Part shown: piece by piece, positions 1 to 7,175 of the stretch
Layout of the letters: every line of letters starts with the position of its first letter
How positions within the stretch are numbered: the first letter of the stretch is position 1
Source: a candidate division WOR-3 bacterium
Lineage (GTDB): Bacteria > Hydrothermota > Hydrothermia > B15-G9 > WFZT01
Assembly: GCA_027053075.1 (NCBI GenBank)
Contig: JALUEE010000082.1
Location: 1 to 10,662, forward strand
DNA: 10,662 bases
Reading direction: 5' to 3'
Translations under genes and position numbers: made by a program
Notes under the pieces: generated by a model
What the model saw: only the letters and a program-made list of their open reading frames with translations
Databases searched by the model: none
Told to the model about the DNA's origin: nothing

Positions 1-1202
1 CCAACCTTAATGAGGGTGCCGTTTTGTTCCATGATTTCTAAAACCTTTTTACCACCCTCATCAATGGAGAGCCCAACAAACGGTTCACCTGCCTCCTCAG
101 TAAATTCACCTCTTTCATTTACCGGCGAGAGTACTCCAAGGCCGTATTTCTTACCAACCTCAAAGTCCTCTTTACCATGCCCCGGGGCTGTGTGTACGAT
201 ACCGGTTCCCTCTTCTTCTGTTACAAATTCTGCAAGCACTGCCGGGGATTCTCTGTTAATAAACGGGTGCCAAAAAACAGTTCCTTCTATATCAGCACCT
301 TTGACTTTTTTAATTATCTTGATGTCTTCCCAGCCAAATTCCTTCAAAACACGCTCTAAATGTGGCTCTCCAACCAGGTATTTCGTTCCTTCATATTCGA
401 AAACGACATAAGTGAAATCAGGGTGGAACATGAGTCCGAGGTTAGAAACTATGGTCCAGGGTGTGGTTGTCCAGACAAGAGCGTAGCCTTCATCTCCGTC
501 GAAAAGGTTTGCCTTGTCCTCTTTTACTTTCATGCGGAACCAGACAGAGGGGGATTCCTTTTCCTTGTATTCAATCTCAGCAAGCGCGAGCGCAGTCTGG
601 CATTTAGGGCACCAGTGAATGGTCATCATATCACGGTAAATATATCCTTGCTCCACGAGATCAGCAAAAATCCTGAGCTCCTCACTTTCGTACTCGGTGG
701 ACATGGTAAGATATGGGTGCTCCCAATCCCCTAAAACTCCCAGTCGCTTGAACTCTTTTTTCTGAACCTCAACCCAGTATTTTGCAAATTCACGGCACTT
801 TTCTCTGATCTTAATCTTGACTTCAGGTTTCTTGAGCGCGGTCCGGTCCTTAAGCAACTCTTTTACTTCCTTATCCTCCTGTGTGACCTTGTTCTCTATG
901 GGCATGCCGTGATTGTCCCATCCCGGGACATAAGGCGTCTTGTAGCCCTTTAAGTGTTTGTACTTAATGAAAAAATCTTTAAGAATCTTGTTTAGTGCAG
1001 TACCGAGGTGGATATGCCCGTTGGAATAGGGAGGTCCATCGTGAAGGATGTAAAGCTCTTTTCCTTCTCTCTTTTTGAGCATTTTGAAATAGAGTTCCTC
1101 GCTGTCCCATCTTTCGATAAAGCCAGGTTCCTTTTTGGGAAGGTTTCCCCTCATGGGAAATTCTGTACTCGGCAAATTAAGGGTTTTCTTATAGTCGCTC
1201 AC
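1..1202 (-). CDS. ileS: Isoleucine--tRNA ligase (IleRS type 1), N-terminal ~400 codons; runs off the left edge
   Basis: Hand translation of the minus strand from GTG at 1202-1200, with SD AGGAGG at 1216-1211: MSDYKKTLNLPSTEFPMRGNLPKKEP...LHDGPPYSNGHIHLGTALNKILKD...YVPGWDNHGMPIE...HWCPKCQTALALAEIEY...LVWTTTPWT...GTGIVHTAPGHGKEDF. These are the IleRS1 N-terminus, the HIGH-type signature and the CP1 editing-domain motifs. Confidence 0.98.
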   Translation of the reverse strand, partial: MSDYKKTLNLPSTEFPMRGNLPKKEPGFIERWDSEELYFKMLKKREGKELYILHDGPPYSNGHIHLGTALNKILKDFFIKYKHLKGYKTPYVPGWDNHGMPIENKVTQEDKEVKELLKDRTALKKPEVKIKIREKCREFAKYWVEVQKKEFKRLGVLGDWEHPYLTMSTEYESEELRIFADLVEQGYIYRDMMTIHWCPKCQTALALAEIEYKEKESPSVWFRMKVKEDKANLFDGDEGYALVWTTTPWTIVSNLGLMFHPDFTYVVFEYEGTKYLVGEPHLERVLKEFGWEDIKIIKKVKGADIEGTVFWHPFINRESPAVLAEFVTEEEGTGIVHTAPGHGKEDFEVGKKYGLGVLSPVNERGEFTEEAGEPFVGLSIDEGGKKVLEIMEQNGTLIKV

Positions 1203-1217
1203 TTTTCCTGCCTCCTT

Positions 1218-1751
1218 TTATTTGATGATAAAATAGATGAAGTAAAAAAGGACACCAATTAGCATGGAAACGCCCACAGGAACACCGGAGGATTCTGAAA
1301 CTGTTCCTGTGTCAAGATTATGAACGGTTTTAACGTCTTTCATGGCTATTGTGTCAATTTTTGTAACTTCAATAAGTTTTGCGAGCTCAAGTGTTTTATT
1401 TTCTTTGACCTCTAAAAATAATCGGAGCCGCAGGCTCCTTTCAAAATCGGGCTTTTTGAAAATACCTCTATAAATTTTTCTGTAATCCAGGCTGTAACCA
1501 TCTACACTGTATGAAACTACAACAGGCGAAGACTCAGCAACTGAAATTCCCTTCTCTTTCAGTATTTGAAAAAGCAAGCCTTTAACTATTCTATTGATGG
1601 TCGGATTACCTGATGAATTTGCCCTGATCTCGACTTTTTGCTGGTGAATAACCGAAACAGCGCTAAGCAGCTCGGGACGCAGAGAATTTTTAATGAGCCT
1701 GGTATCGCTAATGTGACTTAAAGATAAAAGCCCTATTAAAAGTAAAAACAC
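1218..1751 (-). CDS. Hypothetical exported/membrane-anchored protein (177 aa)
   Basis: ORF with a hydrophobic N-terminus (MFLLLIGLLSLS) and a C-terminal TM-like segment (VPVGVSMLIGVLFYFIYFIIK). It lies directly downstream of a consensus promoter, and its stop abuts the ileS SD, suggesting co-transcription. Confidence 0.8.
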   Translation of the reverse strand: MFLLLIGLLSLSHISDTRLIKNSLRPELLSAVSVIHQQKVEIRANSSGNPTINRIVKGLLFQILKEKGISVAESSPVVVSYSVDGYSLDYRKIYRGIFKKPDFERSLRLRLFLEVKENKTLELAKLIEVTKIDTIAMKDVKTVHNLDTGTVSESSGVPVGVSMLIGVLFYFIYFIIK

Positions 1752-1759
1752 GCTTAAAA

Positions 1760-1787
1760 ATTATAATGCAACTCCCCAACCTGTCAA
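1760..1787 (-). promoter_or_regulatory. sigma70-type promoter for hypothetical protein-ileS unit
   Basis: Minus strand reads TTGACA (1787-1782), N16, TATAAT (1765-1760). The GTG start is 8 nt further on. Confidence 0.8.
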
Positions 1788-1841
1788 CGCTTATAAGAGC
1801 TGCTCGAAAAATTTCAATTTATTTGGAATTTTAATATGACC

Positions 1842-1898
1842 CCCCCACCTATTTCCTCCCCTCACGCACAAAGTGCGTGGGGGGAGGAGAGGAGGGGG
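1842..1898. repeat. Long GC-rich imperfect palindrome between divergent promoters
   Basis: TCCTCCCCTCACGCAC-AAA-GTGCGTGGGGGGAGGA (1854-1888) forms a 16-bp stem with one G-T pair, extendable via CCCCCACC/GGAGGGGG to 1842-1898. Confidence 0.75.
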
Positions 1899-1925
1899 AA
1901 ATTTTCGAACTGGCTCCTCTGCGGT

Positions 1926-1954
1926 TTGACAATGGAAAGTGGAGATTTTATAAT
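1926..1954 (+). promoter_or_regulatory. sigma70-type promoter for the HAD / R-M / lpx operon
   Basis: TTGACA (1926-1931), N17, TATAAT (1949-1954): perfect consensus. ATG at 1963 is 8 nt downstream. Confidence 0.85.
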
Positions 1955-1962
1955 GGTTTACG

Positions 1963-2655
1963 ATGATTAAGGCAATTGTTTTTGACCTCGATAATACACT
2001 TGTTGACTTTATGAGGATGAAGGAGGAGGCGGTGAATTCCGCCATAGAGGCCATGATAGATGCGGGCCTCAACATGACCAAGGAAGAAGCCCACAAAAAG
2101 ATTTTCGAAATTTACGATAGGGAAGGCATTGAGGACCAGCAGGTGTTTAACAAATTTCTGATGGAAAACTATGGTTACATTGACTATCGAATTCTTGCCG
2201 CTGGAATTGTTGGTTATAGACGGGCAAAAGAGGCCGCTCTCGTACTCTATCCTCATGTACAGTACACACTTATGCAACTTTTGAGGAGAGGTTTGAGACT
2301 TGCTGTTGTCTCCGACGCTCCAAGGCTCCAGGCGTGGACGCGACTCGCCCAGGTTGGCCTTCATCACTTTTTCGAAGTGGTCGTTGCATTTGAAGATACA
2401 GGTGAGAGAAAACCATCACCCAAACCATTTAGGTTTACGCTCGAAAGGTTAGGGCTTGAGCCCCAAGAAACTATCATGGTGGGTGACTGGGCTGAAAGGG
2501 ACATCACAGGCGCAGCTAAGATAGGGATGATAACAGTTTTTGCTCGATACGGCGACACATTTGGAACGGTCAATTCCGGCGCAGATTACGAAATAGACGA
2601 CATCATCGAGCTTTTAAAGATAGTTGATGAATTAAATGCGAAATGGAAATCCTGA
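1963..2655 (+). CDS. HAD-superfamily subfamily IA hydrolase/phosphatase (resembles TIGR02253 / MJ1437-like family)
   Basis: Motif I FDLDNTL, motif II VVSD, motif III RKPSP, motif IV MVGDWAERDI, with a helical C1 cap containing AMIDAGL. Confidence 0.92.
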   Translation: MIKAIVFDLDNTLVDFMRMKEEAVNSAIEAMIDAGLNMTKEEAHKKIFEIYDREGIEDQQVFNKFLMENYGYIDYRILAAGIVGYRRAKEAALVLYPHVQYTLMQLLRRGLRLAVVSDAPRLQAWTRLAQVGLHHFFEVVVAFEDTGERKPSPKPFRFTLERLGLEPQETIMVGDWAERDITGAAKIGMITVFARYGDTFGTVNSGADYEIDDIIELLKIVDELNAKWKS

Positions 2656-3575
2656 CAAATTTATTCGGGGAAACATTAAAGATTTCGGACAAATTTGACA
2701 GCGAAGCAGATGTTGTTTTATATACGGGAGACACTCTCGATTTACTAAAACAGATACCAGATGAAACAGCGGAGCTCGTAGTTACATCTCCTCCTTATAA
2801 CATCGGGAAACCTTACGAAAAAAAGGTTTCTATCAACGAATATCTTGAGCAGCAAAAGAGGGTTATAGAAGAAGCTGTCAGGATAACCCGTGAATATGGT
2901 AGCATCTGCTGGCAAGTTGGTAATTACGTTGAGAATGGCAGAATAATCCCACTGGATGTTATTCTCTACCCCATTTTCGACCGTCTTGGGTTGAAATTAA
3001 GGAATAGAATTGTCTGGCATTTTGGACACGGATTACACGCAAAAAAAAGGTTTTCAGGTAGATACGAGGTAATTCTCTGGTTTACAAAAAGCGACGATTA
3101 TATTTTTAACCTCGACGCAGTTCGTGTACCTCAGAAGTATCCAAACAAAAAGTATTTCAAAGGACCCAAGAAAGGACTGTTATCAGGTAATCCTCTGGGG
3201 AAAAACCCTTCAGATGTATGGGAAATTCCTAATGTGAAGGCGAATCATCCGGAGAAAACTATCCATCCTGCTCAATTCCCTGTGGAACTTGTCGAAAGAC
3301 TTGTTCTCGCATTAACAAACCCGGGAGGATGGGTCGTTGATCCTTTTATTGGTGTTGGCTCTACAGCTATAGCTGCAATTCTACATAATCGCAAATCAGC
3401 TGGAGCAGATATTGTGCCTGAGTACATAAAGATTGCCAAAGAGCGACTAAAATTATTAATTAACGGAGAATTAAAATTACGGCCCCTTGGAAAGCCCATA
3501 TACAAACCACCTGCTTCTGTTGAGAACTACAGAAAAACACTTTTCGAGCAAATTTTGAGACAGGAGAAAGAATGA
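2643..3575 (+). CDS. Beta-class site-specific DNA methyltransferase (N4-cytosine likely), M subunit of a Type II R-M system
   Basis: Catalytic motif IV VTSPPYN near the N-terminus, HPAQFP, and motif I VVDPFIGVGST near the C-terminus (beta permutation). SPPY is typical of m4C enzymes. Adjacent to a restriction endonuclease gene. Confidence 0.93.
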   Translation: MEILTNLFGETLKISDKFDSEADVVLYTGDTLDLLKQIPDETAELVVTSPPYNIGKPYEKKVSINEYLEQQKRVIEEAVRITREYGSICWQVGNYVENGRIIPLDVILYPIFDRLGLKLRNRIVWHFGHGLHAKKRFSGRYEVILWFTKSDDYIFNLDAVRVPQKYPNKKYFKGPKKGLLSGNPLGKNPSDVWEIPNVKANHPEKTIHPAQFPVELVERLVLALTNPGGWVVDPFIGVGSTAIAAILHNRKSAGADIVPEYIKIAKERLKLLINGELKLRPLGKPIYKPPASVENYRKTLFEQILRQEKE

Positions 3576-4114
3576 AAAAAGTGTTCGAGTATTCTCATCT
3601 TGGCGGGCTTGAAATACTGAAAGTAAGATTTCCCCAAATAGAAAAAGAAATTGATGAAGTCATTGAGGCGGTCAAAATCTCCAGGAAATCGAAGCGCAGT
3701 AGAGAAAAATCCATGAAAGGTCGGTTGCTATATTCTCCAAAGGAAATGAATAGAAAATTTAAGGAGGAATTTTATAAGCGTGGTTTCGAAGAATTAAAAG
3801 ATCCTTTTGAAGTCAGTACATATGACGGTGCGAAAAATATCCGCGCCTTTAAGCAAGTCGATTTTTTCAAAGAAAAAGTTTTGGTAGAGGTTCAATTTGG
3901 GAAATACGCTTTTATGTTCTATGATCTTGCAAAATTTCAGTATTTTTACAACAAAGAAAAAGCAGATGTGGGAGTAGAGATTGTCCCATCCTACTATTTA
4001 AAAAGGGATATGTCCACGGGGGTTTCATATGGGGAGCAGTTGATTTATGATATTAAGCGCCTTGAAAGGAATTTTCCCAGTGTGCCAATTAAAATAATCC
4101 TGATTGAAGTTTAA
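3572..4114 (+). CDS. BglII/BstYI-family Type II restriction endonuclease
   Basis: 180 aa with QVDFFKEKVLVEVQFGKY, the D...E-x-Q variant of the PD-(D/E)xK site characteristic of BglII/BstYI. ATGA overlap with the MTase stop codon. Confidence 0.88.
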   Translation: MKKVFEYSHLGGLEILKVRFPQIEKEIDEVIEAVKISRKSKRSREKSMKGRLLYSPKEMNRKFKEEFYKRGFEELKDPFEVSTYDGAKNIRAFKQVDFFKEKVLVEVQFGKYAFMFYDLAKFQYFYNKEKADVGVEIVPSYYLKRDMSTGVSYGEQLIYDIKRLERNFPSVPIKIILIEV

Positions 4115-4124
4115 GAGGTGGAAT

Positions 4125-5156
4125 TTGAAGGCTTCTGATATTGTTAAAAAATTTGGTGGAAATCTGTTTGGTGATGGAAACGTTGAAGTTAACAGGGTAG
4201 AGCCGCCGGAAAATCCTAAAAAAGATGCCATTGTTTTTCTCTTTGATCCCCAAAAGGCTGAGGGGTTGCCCGAAAAATCCATAGGTATCCTCGTAACAAG
4301 TTCGAAACCTCAAGAAGACGTGGCATCTGCCTACATCATCGTAGAAGATCCAAGAAAGTATATGGTGGACGTACTCTCTCTCTTCACCCACGAGACTGAG
4401 CTACCCGCGGGAATTTCAAAACTTGCCATTGTTTCATCCACTGCTCAGCTGGGTCTCGACGTTACTGTCAGTGCCTGGACATTTATCGGCAAGAATGTAA
4501 AAATTGGTGATGGCACCACCGTCTTCCCGCACGTGTTTATTGGTGATAACGTAACTATCGGGAAAAACACGAAAATTTACCCTTTCGTTTATATTGGACC
4601 TGATACCATTATAGGAGACCGGGTGATCATTCATGCGGGGACAAAAATAGGAACAGATGGTTTTGGCTTTCTCAAAACCCGTGAGGGTTATCGTAAGATT
4701 CCTCAGGTGGGACGCGTGGTTATTGAAGATGATGTTGAGATTGGTGCAAACTGTGCTATTGACAGGGCCACTATCGGAGAAACGAGGATAGGCAAAGGGG
4801 TAAAATTAGATAACCTCATTCAAATAGGGCACAATGTGCAGGTGGGCGAGCACACCGTTATGGCAGCTCAGACCGGAATTGCAGGAAGCACGAAGATCGG
4901 GAAATGGGTTATGATGGGCGGTCAGGTTGGCGTGGCAGACCACCTTGAAGTGGGTGACAAAGCAATTATCATGGCCAAGTCCGGCGTCTCCAAATCCGTT
5001 CCACCCCGGAAAATTTATGAAGGATACATGGCAAGGGAGAGAAAAGAGTACCTCAAATCGAGGTCTCTTTTGCTGAAACTCCCCGAGCTTTTCGAGAGAC
5101 TTAAAAAACTGGAAAAGGAAGTTTTTAAAAATGAATCAAAAAACACTGAAAAGTGA
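4125..5156 (+). CDS. lpxD: UDP-3-O-(3-hydroxyacyl)glucosamine N-acyltransferase
   Basis: Hexapeptide repeats, GTDGFGF, IPQVGRVVIEDDVEIGANCAIDRAT and KLDNLIQIGHNV (catalytic His). Start reassigned from 4104 to the in-frame TTG at 4125, which has SD GAGGTG (4115-4120) and gives an LpxD-like N-terminus (MKASDIVKKFGGNLFGD). Confidence 0.96.
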   Translation: MKASDIVKKFGGNLFGDGNVEVNRVEPPENPKKDAIVFLFDPQKAEGLPEKSIGILVTSSKPQEDVASAYIIVEDPRKYMVDVLSLFTHETELPAGISKLAIVSSTAQLGLDVTVSAWTFIGKNVKIGDGTTVFPHVFIGDNVTIGKNTKIYPFVYIGPDTIIGDRVIIHAGTKIGTDGFGFLKTREGYRKIPQVGRVVIEDDVEIGANCAIDRATIGETRIGKGVKLDNLIQIGHNVQVGEHTVMAAQTGIAGSTKIGKWVMMGGQVGVADHLEVGDKAIIMAKSGVSKSVPPRKIYEGYMARERKEYLKSRSLLLKLPELFERLKKLEKEVFKNESKNTEK

Positions 5157-6399
5157 AATTCAATTTGAAGGAGTTGGGCTACACAGTGGTGAACTTACAA
5201 AAATAATACTTCTTCCTCAGGAGCCAAACACTGGCATTGTTTTTGAAACAGAAGGGGTGAGAATACCAGCAATTGTGGACTATGTGGCCCAGACCACCCG
5301 CAGCACTGATATTGAGAAAGATGGCAAAAAAGTGCGCACCGTAGAGCACCTTCTTGCTGCCCTACTTGGCATGCAGGTGGATAATGTTCTCGTCAGAGTG
5401 GATGGCTCCGAGATTCCTGCACTCGATGGGTCCGCTTATCCCTTTGCAAAAGCCATACACGAAACAGGTGTTAAGGAGCAGGATGCTTCACCCAGATTTA
5501 TCAGGCTTGCTGAGCCATTCATTAAGGATTTTGGTGGAGAAAAGCTGATTGCTCACCCTGACAAATCGTTCAAAATCAGCTTTGCCATTGACTACAACGA
5601 CAATGTCATTGGGAGGCAGTTCAGGTCATATGAAATCACCCCTGAAGTTTTTCTTAAAGAGATTGCACCTGCAAAGACCTATGTCTATGAAAAAGATGTC
5701 AAAAAGCTTCTTGAAAGTGGGTATTCAAAGGGAGGCTCTCTCGAGAATGCCATTGTCATTACAGACGAAGGGATTAAAAATCCGGAAATCATGACCTTTG
5801 AGGATGAACCTGTAAGACACAAGATTCTTGACCTTATGGGAGACCTTGCCCTTCTTGGAAGTGGACGAATAATGTTTTCAGTGTACGCTGAGAAGACAGG
5901 CCACAGGCACCATGTGGCGTTTGTTAAAGAACTTAAAAAATTTCTGATCGGTGGGGACCCACTGACCATAGACGATATACTCAAATTTGTCCCCCACAGG
6001 TATCCATTCCTCCTTATAGATCGGATTCTTTCACTTGAGGACGACCGGGTCGTCGCAATTAAAAATGTAACCTACAACGAGCCTTTCTTTGTGGGCCATT
6101 TTCCTGTGGAGCCCGTGATGCCAGGAGTTCTGATCATTGAGGCAATAGCTCAGGCCGGCGGATTTATGCTTCTTTCTCATATAGAAGATCGAGAGAATAA
6201 ACTTGTGTTTTTTGCAGGTATAGACAACGCGAGGTTCAGGCGTCCGGTAAAGCCCGGTGATCGGCTTGTAATTGAGGCAATCCTCACAAAGAAACGCGGC
6301 AGCATCGTAAAATTCAGGGGAGTTGCAAGGGTTGACGGCCAGGTGGTAGCTGAGGCAGAGCTTATGGCAAGTATCGTTAAAAGGGAGAAAAACTCATGA
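5131..6399 (+). CDS. lpxC/fabZ: Bifunctional UDP-3-O-acyl-GlcNAc deacetylase / 3-hydroxyacyl-ACP dehydratase (LpxC-FabZ fusion)
   Basis: LpxC part: QKTLK..EGVGLHSG, TVEHLLAAL, EIPALDGSA, HKILDLMGDL, GH. FabZ part: PHRYPFLLIDRI, GHFP..PVMPGVLIIEAIAQ, RFRRPVKPGD. One uninterrupted 422-aa frame. Confidence 0.97.
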   Translation: MNQKTLKSEIQFEGVGLHSGELTKIILLPQEPNTGIVFETEGVRIPAIVDYVAQTTRSTDIEKDGKKVRTVEHLLAALLGMQVDNVLVRVDGSEIPALDGSAYPFAKAIHETGVKEQDASPRFIRLAEPFIKDFGGEKLIAHPDKSFKISFAIDYNDNVIGRQFRSYEITPEVFLKEIAPAKTYVYEKDVKKLLESGYSKGGSLENAIVITDEGIKNPEIMTFEDEPVRHKILDLMGDLALLGSGRIMFSVYAEKTGHRHHVAFVKELKKFLIGGDPLTIDDILKFVPHRYPFLLIDRILSLEDDRVVAIKNVTYNEPFFVGHFPVEPVMPGVLIIEAIAQAGGFMLLSHIEDRENKLVFFAGIDNARFRRPVKPGDRLVIEAILTKKRGSIVKFRGVARVDGQVVAEAELMASIVKREKNS

Positions 6400-7175
6400 T
6401 TCACGAAACGGCCATTGTCCATAAAAACGCTGAAATTGACCCTTCGGTGGAGATAGGACCTTACACCATTATAGGCCCGGATGTAAAAATCGGGAAAGGG
6501 ACTGTGATCGGTTCATCGGTAAGAATCGAGGGAGACACCCGGATCGGAGAAAATAATAAAATCTACCACGGGGCTGTAATTGGTCTTGATCCCCAAGATT
6601 ATGCATTCAAAGGTGAGAAATCCGGTGTGATAATCGGGAATAATAATATCATTCGCGAGTACTCTTCCATCCACAGAGCCACAGGTGAGGGAAATTACAC
6701 TATTGTTGGAGACAACAACTTTATAATGGCCTATGCCCACATTGCACACAACTGTAAAATCGGCTCGAATATTATTATTGTGAATGCAGCACAGCTCGCA
6801 GGGCACGTGATTGTTGAAGATTTTGCCTATATTTCAGGGCTCGTGGGGGTCCATCAGTTTGTCCGAATCGGGAGATACTCCCTAATCGGAGCTAATTCCA
6901 AATTGGTTCAGGACCTTCCACCCTTTGTGATTGCCCAAGGGGTCAGTGCCAGGGCAACAGGGATTAATATTGTGGGCTTAAAAAGAAAGGGCTTCGATTA
7001 TTCTCGAATCAGGATAATAAAAGAAATTTATCGCATCTTTTTCAGGTCAAACTTAAACACCAGCGAGGCACTTGAAAAAATTCTCGAAGAATTTCCAGAT
7101 AGTCCCGATGCCCGCGAGTTTGTTGAATTTGTAAAAAATTCCAGGAGAGGAGTTTTGAAAAAGAGCGATGAGTAG
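6396..7175 (+). CDS. lpxA: Acyl-ACP--UDP-GlcNAc(3N) acyltransferase
   Basis: MIHETAIV start, hexapeptide repeats, PQD, IREYSSIHRAT, AHIAHNC (catalytic His), VHQFVRIG, QDLPPF, GINIVGLKRKGF. ATGA overlap with lpxC-fabZ. Confidence 0.97.
   Translation: MIHETAIVHKNAEIDPSVEIGPYTIIGPDVKIGKGTVIGSSVRIEGDTRIGENNKIYHGAVIGLDPQDYAFKGEKSGVIIGNNNIIREYSSIHRATGEGNYTIVGDNNFIMAYAHIAHNCKIGSNIIIVNAAQLAGHVIVEDFAYISGLVGVHQFVRIGRYSLIGANSKLVQDLPPFVIAQGVSARATGINIVGLKRKGFDYSRIRIIKEIYRIFFRSNLNTSEALEKILEEFPDSPDAREFVEFVKNSRRGVLKKSDE

Noticed and set aside
10..1262. Plus-strand ORFs 10-411, 177-359, 360-734 and 1008-1262
   Set aside because: Antisense shadows of ileS, which has unmistakable motifs on the minus strand.
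2695..2724. TTGACA followed by an AT-rich stretch inside the MTase gene as an internal promoter
   Set aside because: The -10 match is poor at 16-18 nt spacing and it lies within coding sequence; likely chance.
4104..4124. ORF-track start of lpxD at 4104
   Set aside because: It overlaps the endonuclease gene. TTG 4125 has a proper SD and gives the expected LpxD N-terminus.
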